A DNA stretch of 64,000 nt, taken from positions 26,974,848 through 27,038,847 of the forward strand of contig CM120643.1 in assembly GCA_051362555.1 (NCBI GenBank), in the 5' to 3' direction. Positions within the stretch are counted from its first letter, which is position 1, and every line of letters starts with the position of its first letter. Positions 12,299 to 22,904 of this stretch are shown piece after piece. The notes under the pieces were generated by a model. The model was not told where the DNA came from, did no database searches, and was given only the letters and a program-made list of their open reading frames with translations. The stretch comes from Lingula anatina. Taxonomy: Eukaryota; Animalia; Brachiopoda. The position numbers were made by a program, and so were the translations under genes.

Positions 12299-15200
12299 CT
12301 AGAAATCCCACACCGCTGCCACCATCGCCATTAACATCCAAAGTCCAACGCGACCGAAATGAATGTTTCCTCGGTTCTGCTTCGGGGTTGAGAACGTGGT
12401 CGCGGCTCCAGGAGGCGGCACGGAGCTGTGATGCGTGATGTTCTTCACGCAGGCAGAGAGCGATCCTGAGCGTATAACCACTGGCCCTCCGGATATCTCC
12501 AGCTGAACGTTTTGTAGAGCGTTTTCCATCCATACTTGCACTTGGTCGAAAATGTTGCGACCTTCCTCGTAGTGGGCTAGGCTCACGTGAAGGGTGACCA
12601 TTGTGTGAACAACAAATGTTATGGATGTGTTTTCCGCGTCGCGTTTCTGAATACAGAAAAGAATTTCTGCCTGCACAGCATTCAGTACAGCTCTCAATCG
12701 ACCATCACGTGCGATATCCATACACCGATCTCTTGGTGTTGGTACCCAGCCACATGGTTTAAAGTGCAAGGAAAATGTCGATTTTACTACTGTAAAATTG
12801 TACATGAGGGGGAGGCAGTCCTGGGCATCAGGAACAAAACCAGGGGGGCACACTATCTGCTGATCCACAGGCTGGAAAAAAAGATAAGTGAGCTGATGTA
12901 CATCCATAAAGCCCAGAAAAAATGTTGACAAAATTGTACTCTTACGTACATAATAATCTTATGTGATATAATCTTAATATAATATAATCTTAACATGATA
13001 AATGCAGCAAAAAAATTAATTAAGTAATTATATCCAATATTTTATCTATATTCAACTTCCATCATTTTCCTCATCATTAATGGTTATTGTAGTTTGTTTT
13101 CTCACCCTAGTCATGACGTCATCATTATGTTTGCTGTCTTGGTCTCCGAGGTACAATAGGGCGCGGAAAGAAAGTCCAAGCAGTCTTTCTGATTGTGGTG
13201 TGGAGTTCTGATCTGAATATAACATCCAAATATATGTAATTAATGAGAAGGCAAGTAAGCTTGCGAACACGATCAACTGCAAGTCACCCAAACCCTATAT
13301 AGAGGTGTATTTCACATGCTGAAGTGTCACATGATGAAGTGTGGAGTTGTATTCAATTAGTTAAACATACATGTATGTTTATAGAATAGAAATTCTCGAG
13401 TGTGAATTTTAATTTTTTTTATTGAACAAATAAAAGACAAACAAAGGAAGAGAACAATTTACAATATAAAGAGGTGGCACTGAGATGATAGTAATAAAAA
13501 TAATAATCAACTAGAGGATCAGAGAAACGATACCGCCTCCGAGTATTGTACCTGTACCACCAGCTGGAGTAAGCGCATTTGTATGAAAAGCAAAGTGTGG
13601 TTTATGGCGAAAAGTCTGTCAAGGTCAAATTCAAGATCACAGTAAGATTATAAATATGCAGGTTCATTTAGGACTTCCTATTCAAGTTCAGTGGTAACTA
13701 ATGGCATATCTCTAAATAATATATCTTCGTAAAATGTAGGATAAATATCAAATTCAAGTTCAAAAGTAATTATAGATGTATCTCTGCCGGTTTTGGAGAT
13801 GTTAGTGCGTCAAGTCACATGACCTTGTAGTCACTCTTTGTAATACGAACACTAATCAGTCACGTGATTATGGGTGTGTGTGGTATTGAGACATATAGAG
13901 AATTCAGTACACAAGTAGGAACCATACCGGTCGGTCACCCTAGATAGCATATAATGTAAGTAATAGTAAAATGTATTTCTTTTTATTTAACGTATATACT
14001 GTAATTTGTTTATATTAGTTTTTATGAGTTTACTGTTTACCGCATACTTATGTCATTTTTTTATTTTTTTTAGATTTGTAAAGAGTCCAACGTACACAAC
14101 GAACAAACGAGATAAGGTGTTCATTGTGATAACGAAACTGTAACAAATTGTGCTATCTATAAGACAATAAATGATTCAGTGATTTTATGTGTGTTGTCTA
14201 CAATAGGAGATATAAAGTTTTTAAAAAATTGCAAAGTTGAGTTCATAGTGAAAAGAAGGTCCAAAGTCAAATTTCAGGTCACAATCAGGCTGCAAATAGA
14301 TGGGGGTATCTCTGACAGTTCTGGAGACAAAATGGTCAGATATTTTGCAAAGATCAAATCATTATGAAAAGTAGGACAAAGGTCAAATTCAAGGCACAGT
14401 CAGATTGCCAGTATATGACCCCTATTCAAGTTCAATAGTAACTATGGGCGTATCTCTGCTAATTTTGCAGTATTTCGCATTTTATTTTCACCACTGAATA
14501 TTGCGACGTTGTATTTTTTTGATAAGGCGCAACTCTTTAACCGTATGGAAAAAAAAAACTTTCATTATTACGCTTGACAAGTTCTACAAAATGCAACAAA
14601 CAAGAAGTCTTTACCCGGTAGAATTTACGGTTCCTGAGCTGCCAGTTTTGGTATCTAATGGCTGCTCCCCCCCATGATAATGCACCAATTGACCCCAAAC
14701 TCACAAAGATTAATATGACCCTAAGTGTAACACCTGGCCATTATACAATAGTTAAGGTCTCTGTAGTTTCTGAAAATTGATGCAAAAATTTTTTTTCAAA
14801 TAAACCCCATTTTTAGAAAATTTTGGCCCGTTTGACCTTGAAATAAAGGTCTTAGGTAAAGGGCATTTTTGAAATATTCACATATGACTTTTGGTCAGTC
14901 ATCTATAGTAATTTATTCTCATAATTCCTTCAGTTTGGGAGAAAACCCCAAAATTTACGTGGATCGAGTTGAGATTATATGTGATCTACATCCAAGAGAT
15001 GGTTACGCAGGCTTCTGTAGTCAGGGAGGAGAGACGGGTATGGACTAAAACTATGTGTACCGCCAGCGCCTACGCTGGTGATACAGTAACAGATATAGAA
15101 GTAGCTTAATTGGAAATGGAGGAGTAGAACGTATATGCGTAGATAACAGTGCTTTTCCTAAGCTTATTATCTCTTAGCTTGATGATACACTTAAAGTAAA

Positions 15201-18200
15201 ACATTATATTATAGTTATTTACAAAAGAGTAGTAGTTCAAACACACGTACTTGAAAGCTTTAAATACTGCCATATAACTACCTTTTACGTATCCAAAAAA
15301 TAGTCTTAAACTAATCTCCAAAAAACACTGACTATTCACACCATTTTTGATCAGAAAGTTCAGATTTCTATTTTCTGTATGCTATGTCCCTTTCTGTTAA
15401 CAACTTTTCAGGAATTTAATTAGACTCAAAAAATCTAACCCCATCTCCCTTTTATGTGATACCTTGTTACAAGAATATTGAAATCTAATGGCCTAAATGT
15501 ATTTGATTGATCGAGTTCCAAATAAGCAGTTTGTAAATTAAATTCTATGCCCATGTTTGCCTTACAATAAATCGTTTGCAGTGCACTCCATAGATTTTTT
15601 CTGGTTAATTAAACAATAAAAAATATGTTCTAGATTCTCTTTTGCACATTCACACATCATTATCAATTTCATTTTTTCAACTTTAATTAAGATGTAACAG
15701 GAAGAAATCTATGTAGATTTTAAAACAATGAAAAAGCCCCCGAAAACATAAAATACCGGCGTTTACATTTTTTTTTTTTTTTGTATAAGCCTCGGCAACT
15801 CAAAGTGTTAATCGTAAATTTAACACCTTTCTATTTTGAGGTGAGATAGCAATCGATATGGGACGTAACTTCATCCGCAAACAAGATTTTATCGCGAAAA
15901 TTGGCAAAGTTGTCCAAGAGAGTGCAGACTACAATCCCTTGCCGTCATTTTGGTTTAAATGTTTTGTAATGGAGTTATGAGCCCCTAATTACAGATTTTC
16001 AGAAATGCATTATTTTGCTTAATCAACGATAAAATGTGCACTAAAACTTTTAAGAAAATCGCTGGTGGAGAACTAAATAGTGCCATTAAATCGGGGTTAA
16101 AGCGGTGATCATGGTTGCTTAGATCAAAGAGAAATTTGAGAAACCGATTTTCCAGTTTTCACCCCTAAATGACGATTATGACGTCACCCGTAAGATGGCA
16201 TGTGTTTAAAATGTTAATTAATTTACTCACTGAACACTAAAGATATATTTATTACCCAAATTAAAGGGATAATAACTCTTGGTATGTGATCTATATTTCA
16301 CAATAAAAACATTGTGAACAACTCATAGAAAAATAATATATTCTGTTTTAACACAAAAACAGCAGTTATAGCTATTATTCTGATATCTGAGCATGTATTC
16401 AGACTGCGTGACCTCCATTGATGGCTATACTCTGTTATAATCTCTTAAGAGATTTTAACAAAAAAACAAACTTTTTAGAAAAAAAAACAGGGACTCCCTT
16501 AAATGTAAGTAAGGCAGTAAATAAGGGGTTTGGGGCAAAGTGTGACAAGTTTTTCCTCCATTTTACCCCATTTTTCTTTTTTGGGACTTTTTTTAAAGAC
16601 ACTATGGAGTTCCTTACACTCCTTTTCGCTTTTATACACAATTTTAGCAACCAGTGGAATATATGGATATTCTATGAACTTCATATTCATTCCTCTCCTT
16701 TTACATGTATTTTAATGACTTTGCATATACCGTGATATTTAAGACAATCTAAAATTTACAAGTTGAATTTTCTATTAAATTCTGGCAGACCTAAAAATTC
16801 CCATTTTATTCCATTATATCACCAACTACTTTTACACTTTTTTCATACCATTTCTTATAAAATACAGTTTAAGGTCCTACAAGAATATCATTGTTATAGA
16901 AAAGAGGTTGATACAGTAATTTCTCAGCATCTAAAATACATTACTTCTTACATATTTTCATACTTTTAAAACGACATTTCAAAAATCATCTCTGTTCATT
17001 AGTTCCTTGGGGAAAGCATCTCCGAGCACCGTAAGGAGTTTGATAGCATGTATTCCATTTGCAGTTTTAAACATCGATAGCCATTTATCGCTTTAACTTT
17101 TGATTAATATTCCCTATAAAAGTTCCTAAATCTAACATCTTAAGTCCACCATTGGAATATACAACTGCTAAAACGGTACGTTTTATTTTATTTATCTTAT
17201 TACCTCATATATGTAACCTAATAATGAATCATTTAGCCTCTTTATGCAAAACTCCTCCAGGTTAGGCAGCGATATAGGCAGATGGCTTAATTTAGGTATA
17301 ATGAGCGTTTTTATCATCTTTATTCTACCCAGGGGAGTAACCAGTCTGTTCTTTCAATTTTTTAAAGTATTTTAGTTGGGAATTTGTTTCTTGAAATTTA
17401 ATCTTACCATACTACTTAAATGTACATCAAATTCTACACCTAAAAGTGCAAATGAAGTACTACCCCATTCTAGTTCCCATCTATCATGGTGAAATACATC
17501 GGCGATAAAACGTTTGAATCCTATCCATGCAATCTTTATTTTGGCACTATTTATTTTCAGTCAAGATATTCTAGCATAGATGTCGAGAACATATAGTATA
17601 ATGAGTCAAAGTATTGCCTAGATCCATCTAGAATTAAGCTATTATCATTAGCATATTTGGAGATGACATGCTCAATGTTTCTTATTTTAATATCTTAGCA
17701 AAAAAAACTTAGATAACATTCTTCCTGAATGCCCACGGTGAAATTTTATGCAATTTTTCGTGTGAATTTTACGATTTTAGCACCTATGTGGTCAGAATGA
17801 AGAAACGCACAACTTCAGACTTCTTTAAGTGGATTACACTAAGTTTTAAACTGTTTTAATATTGCCATGCCACCTTAGACCACCAAAGGTAGAAGAAAAA
17901 GAGATCAGCAACATGTTCAAACATTAGCATGATTATCGCAAGTCCAACGAACAATGCCGGAAGTATGCGATGTCATCTATGATAATGGTACGGCCCACGG
18001 GTTTCCGATTTACAAAGTTTGTCATATATCTAGCTTTCCAAATGGTAGAGGCTACGGATGACGTAAATCATCAAGATTTCACACAAATCCACACGGTCAT
18101 CGTATGCCTCTATTTAGACGCCGTACGCAAAGGGATTTCAGTCAGCCTTCATGCACGGTACGGGTACCGCATGACAAATGTAATCCGGGTTCGAAGAGCT

Positions 18201-21200
18201 AATTCACGCTCTGCTGTCACCATGATTGGTTAGAAAACGACTGTCGTAAAATCTCTACATGATTTAGAATCGGGAACATAAATTTTAAAACCACATAAAA
18301 CAATCTTACAGTACCGCATGTGTACCATAAAAGGTCAATTTATGATTCTTATTATCTTTGTGCTTTGCCATCAGCTTTAGAAAAAGCAAGGAAGAGTCTG
18401 CTATCATTGGCCCATCGATAGTTTTTATTCATAGTCATAGATCGTGAAATCATACGTCATTGCAATCATAGATATATTTGACCTCGGGGTCAATCCTAAA
18501 ATACCAGTTCAATGGCACGGCTCCGTTTCATAAAGCACGTTCGATACCAAATTAAAAGCGAAGAAAGGACGAAGACTTTATCCTGGCGTTTATCGTAATT
18601 TTTTTTTACCAATGTTTGAGTGGGATTTAAAGAACGATGAATAGGACGTTGTAGCCTAGGGCGTTTAATGTAATTCGGGTGAGTTTGAGTGTGATTTGAC
18701 GGTTATTCCTATTTTGGTTTGAATTTTTACGGTACGTGGATGGCATTCTTGTTTCGCAGGCTCTCTCTACTTTATTGGCTCTGTAGGACCCTATGAGGAT
18801 TTAACGACATTCGTTTTGGAAACATAAACTGATTTTTTTTTTTGCTTTATGGTGGACTATTATAGCACTATAAGATCGTTTTATGTGGATTTGTAGATTA
18901 TATATGCACCCGATTTTTAAACCATGTAGCGGTTTTACGACAATCGTTTTCTAACTAATCAAGCACTGATAATAACATCGGAGTTCAAGTGACTCCAAAC
19001 TTGGAGTCCAGCAGTGGTGCCTAAAATGGAGAAATGCCATCCCAGACCCCACAGGAGGGTCACAATTGACTCCATTCACACATCGCTTCATCCCTTGATT
19101 TATCTCTACAAAAGAGTCACCATGACCCATATTAAGGAATTTTTGACTCCTTAGCACATCATGAACAAAAACAACAACAACAAGGACAAGGGGAGAGCAC
19201 AGCAAGTATTGTTTATTTCACATTGTTGTGTCCACGGACGGGATTGAAACCACGTCCTCCCGCTCCAGGGGCGGACTCCCTAATCACTAGGCCATGCGGT
19301 CACATATGGTGTTGAAACCGCAATAACAAACAGTTTGTAAATCTGGTAATAAACAGCATGACACACACACCACAAATATACCAGTGAGTGAGCATACCTC
19401 GCCACTGACATGCATTGGTGGGTCAAACCTACAACCTGGAAACAAAACCTGCTGACCTGTATACCAACATATCACATAAAGGGTGTGGCAACTGAAAGCC
19501 CGGGTCAGTAAATAATTAACTGCACAAGTTCTGCATGCAGAGACACACAAAAAACCACTTGTTCATGCATAAAACCAACTATGGCCAATAAAGTAATGTT
19601 TATACTGACAAAGGATGATGAAAACTGTTCTCTCCACGCCATCTGCTCACTGCCATCACAAGTAATGAAACGAAGCTTACTGTCCAGCGAGCGAAAAGAG
19701 TCGTTGAAAGGACTCAGCCAGACACTGCCCCCCTATAATTTGACTCTGATTTTAGAGTCAGATTGACTCCATGAGAACCAGGGGGTGATTGACTCTGATA
19801 CGAGAGTCTAAAGCTCTGGTAGTGGGGTAATTTGACCCTTATATAGGAGTCAAATTAACTCCATGAGGGTCAAGGGGTGCTGGACTCTGACTAGAGAGTC
19901 AAATGACTCCAATTTTATTCTCAGTGAGGTGAAAGCCAAGCATGAGCTTATGTTATCGTGACATGACGTTTTTATTTGTGCCCTTGCGATTTTTGCACAA
20001 ATTTTCTAGTTCACTGGGTGAACTAGCTAAATCTATTTTATAGATTACGTACCCTGGCTACAAATTTCAAAGTACTCTCACGCTTGTTGATGACCTAAAC
20101 TATGATTTCCATTTAGAATTACACAATTTATGAATAACTGCATTTTATTCGGTTATTAATGGATCGATTTTAATACAGTATAGTGACGCTCAATCTCAAG
20201 ATGCAAAAACTAGTATACCTTATACTTAACTGCTAATGACTCATAATACATTTACATAAAAAATTCAGTTTTCTATGTCAGTTTTTTCTCGTCTACATAC
20301 AATAAGTTGTTTGCTGGTTTATAAATAAAAAACTTTTTGAAATAAAATTTCTCTTATCAGCGGCAATGTTATTCACGCACATAAATTGAATGAAAATATC
20401 TTTAAATGAACTTTGGCAATATAAAATAACATATATCCAGTTTCGTTTTAAAATATAGACGAAATCTAAATGTACCACCTATTAAGCAAAATATTAGATA
20501 AATTCTTACGATTCAAGAGAACAAAAATGTTATCTAGAGAAATAGTATTTTATTTCTAATGCCTTTCTAAGATAAGGCAGGTGCACAAAAATATTATTAT
20601 ATACAGCATTAAAGCAAAGGTCCGATCACCGATATATAGCAATATATAAAACGCACCACTCACCTTCGCAGAGTGTAGCAAAACCATAATAGCGAACCAT
20701 ACAGTGGTAGTTCTTGTAGACATCATCAGAATCGCTTAGGACAACAGGGTTGCTGTACGCCATGCAGGCATCTCTTAAGGCTGAGTTCAGAGGGCGTGGC
20801 CGAGGTACAGGACGCACTCTTCCATTGATAAACTTGAACTCACAGGGACCAAAGGCCTCTTTCTCAACTTCCCGGAAGCATGTTCTTAAATTCCATTCCG
20901 GTTTAGGCACGAATATACCATTACATCCGGGTTCTTCCATTTTCCTTAAAACACAAATCGAGGAGCTGCAATTTACAATACATTTACATAAAAAATTCAG
21001 TTTTCTATGTCAATTTTTTTCTCGTCTACATACAATAAGTTGTTTGCTGGGTTATAAATAAAAAACTTTTTGAAATAATATTTCTCTTATCAGCGGCAAT
21101 GTTATTCACGCACATAAATTGAATGAAAATATATTTAAATGAACTTTGGCAATATAAAATAACATATATCCAGTTTCGTTTTAAAATATAGACGAAATCT

Positions 21201-22904
21201 AAATGTACCACCTATTAAGATAAAATATTAGATAAATTCTTACGATTCAAGAGAACAAAAATGTTATTTAGAGAAATAGTATTTTATTTCTAATGCCCTA
21301 CATTTTTAACGTCAAGATTAAAGCTGAGGCAAGTGCACAGAATTATTATTATATACAGCATTAAAGCAAAGGTCCGATCACCGATATATAGCAAGATATA
21401 AAACGCACCACTCACCTTCGCAGAGTGTAGCAAAACCATAATAGCAAACCATACAGTGGTAGTTCTTGTAGACATCATCAGAATCGCTTAGGACAACAGG
21501 GTTGCTGTACGCCATGCAGGCATCTCTTAAGGCTGAGTTCAGAGGGCGTGGCCGAGGTACAGGACGCACTCTTCCATTGATAAACTTGAACTCACAGGGA
21601 CCAAAGGCCTCTTTCTCAACTTCCCGGAAGCATGTTCTTAAATTCCATTCCGGTTTAGGCACGAATATACCATTACATCCGGGTTCTTCCATTTTCCTTA
21701 AAACACAAATCGAGGAGCTGCAATTTACAAAGTCGTCAGCTTGTGTCCCAATGCAATAAACTGCGAGTCTCCACGGTTCCCCGCCATTCTTGATACCATT
21801 GCAAGCTGCGCAGTACTTGTTTCTGAAGGTGATCATTGTATCTGGGTCGGTGACTGGCTGGTACAATAGCGCGTCTTCTGTGAGGCTAGTGTTAGAGATT
21901 TCAGTGCACTTGATACGACTTTCCTCTTCCATCCAAGACAACGGACACTGGTCCACCATCCAAAAAATTGGTCCAACCTTGTCCGCATAGGGTAATGGAG
22001 TTTGTTGGCTATGTCGACGTAAAGTTGGACTTCTTCTACAGGAGCTTTTCTGTGCCAGGGAAATAGACACAGGGTCGATATGTTTTACCCCGCTTATCCA
22101 AGAAGATGCTTCGTCAGGGGATGAAGTCGAAGTGGTAATGTTATTTTGAATTTCTGTTAAGTTGGTTCCAGGGAATGTTACAAAATGAGAGGTATTTTCC
22201 GTAATTGGTAATGCGACAGAGGCGGCACACGTCGTCGTGTTTTCAGTCACTCCATAACAGCAGTCACCATACAGGACGCACAGAGGGTCACAGTTGCAGT
22301 GGGTCTGAATGCTAAAAAAACGAGACCCAATCCTTATACAGAGCCATTTATACGGCGTTAGAGTCACGTCTGGGAAAGAATAGTTCCCACTGCTGTGATC
22401 CGACCTTTCCTGGAATATATCCTCTTGACTGGATGACCCCTGGGTGACTGCATCGTTCATTCCCCCCTCAGTACTGAGCGACTCTTGTGGGACTTCTACG
22501 AGCATTCCTACCTCAGTAGTGGGCGACTCTTGTGTAACATCCATGTTCATTCCACCCTCAGTAGTGGGTGACTCTTGTGTAACGTCCACGAACGATTTGC
22601 CCTCAGAAGTGGGCGACACTAGTGTGACGTCCACGTGCGATCCACCCTGAGTAGTAAGCGGCTGTTGTGTGGTTTCGTCGGTGATTCCTCCTTCAGTGGC
22701 TTGCGCTTTTTTAGTGGTTATCTCTTGCATTCCATTTTCAAGATGTGATGACAACATCGTGAATCCCGCTAGCGCCCAATTTTCAATATTGCTCGACTTT
22801 TGAGTTAGTCCATTAGATGGACCATTTTCTTGGGCAAATAAAAGCATGACAGTCGCCGGCTGAACAAATATTAGCGCGCATAAAGCGAGGCTGATGATCA
22901 TCAT
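12299..22904 (-). CDS. Secreted somatomedin-B (SMB) domain / mucin-repeat cell-surface protein with C-terminal GPI-type hydrophobic tail, ~722 aa
   Basis: Exons 22904-21416 (phase-1 donor GAAG|GTGAGT), 13212-13106 (phase 1 to 0) and 12871-12299 join in frame (2169 nt). Signal peptide MMIISLALCALIFVQPATVMLL; 15-aa T/S/E repeats; SMB-like CNCDPLCVLYGDCC; FWMVDQCP, PVTD..TFRNKYCAACNG, CMAYSNPV..YKNYHC, LSFRALL, CPPGFVPD (Cys-rich module typical of invertebrate SMB/adhesion-GPCR ectodomains); ends VGLWMLMAMVAAVWDF*. Confidence 0.8.
13509..15089 (+). mobile_element. Helentron-associated (HINE/DINE-like) non-autonomous element
   Basis: Starts AACTAGAG, has internal repeated AAGGTCAAATTCAAG blocks, and ends with AAAACTATG plus the 3' hairpin TGTACCGCCAGCG-CCTA-CGCTGGTGATACA. 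Second copy at ~62569-63737. Confidence 0.55.
13800..14205 (+). mobile_element. Solo LTR (BEL/Pao- or Copia-type 5-bp TSD), polymorphic between the duplicate copies
   Basis: 406-bp insert TGTTAG...CTACAATA (AACA-like end), flanked by GGAGA at 13795-13799 and 14206-14210, AATAAA near the 3' end. The empty site TTTTGGAGATATAAA is seen at ~62851-62865. Confidence 0.75.
18195..18960. repeat. Old long inverted repeat (foldback element), right arm interrupted by a CACTA element
   Basis: 18223-18332 is the reverse complement of 18845-18960. Similarity resumes at 19927-19950 (GGTGAAAGCCAAGCATGA vs the reverse complement of ~18198-18222). Confidence 0.65.
18964..19926. mobile_element. Non-autonomous CACTA/EnSpm-type DNA transposon
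   Basis: TIRs CACTGATAATAAC..GGAGT / reverse complement CACTGAGAATAAA..GGAGT, 2-bp TSD AG, many subterminal TGACTC/GAGTCA repeats at 18980-19150 and 19740-19910. Confidence 0.75.
19163..19300 (-). mobile_element. tRNA-derived SINE nested in the CACTA element
   Basis: Minus strand reads TGGCCTAGTGATTAGG (A box) ... GGTTTCAATCCC (B box), then a short body and a (TTG)n tail. The acceptor stem is imperfect. Confidence 0.6.
20246..21729. repeat. ~740-bp tandem duplication including the 3' ~310 nt and donor of gene C exon 1
   Basis: 20246-20976 vs 20977-21729 near-identical (offsets 733/752). ORFs 20626-20940 and the end of 21378-22985 are near-identical. Junction microhomology ATTTACA. Confidence 0.9.
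22420..22730 (-). repeat. Coding 45-bp (15-aa) mucin-like tandem repeat
   Basis: About 7 units of the type DVTQESPTTEGGMNM inside gene C exon 1. Confidence 0.8.

Larger units (their letters stand above)
809..15350 (+). repeat. Segmental duplication copy 1
   Basis: Matches 50103-64000. Similarity starts at CATTTTTACTTA (809 / 50103). Confidence 0.95.

Noticed and set aside
19227-19300. Possible tRNA gene
   Set aside because: Acceptor stem does not pair well and a (TTG)n tail follows; better explained as a SINE.
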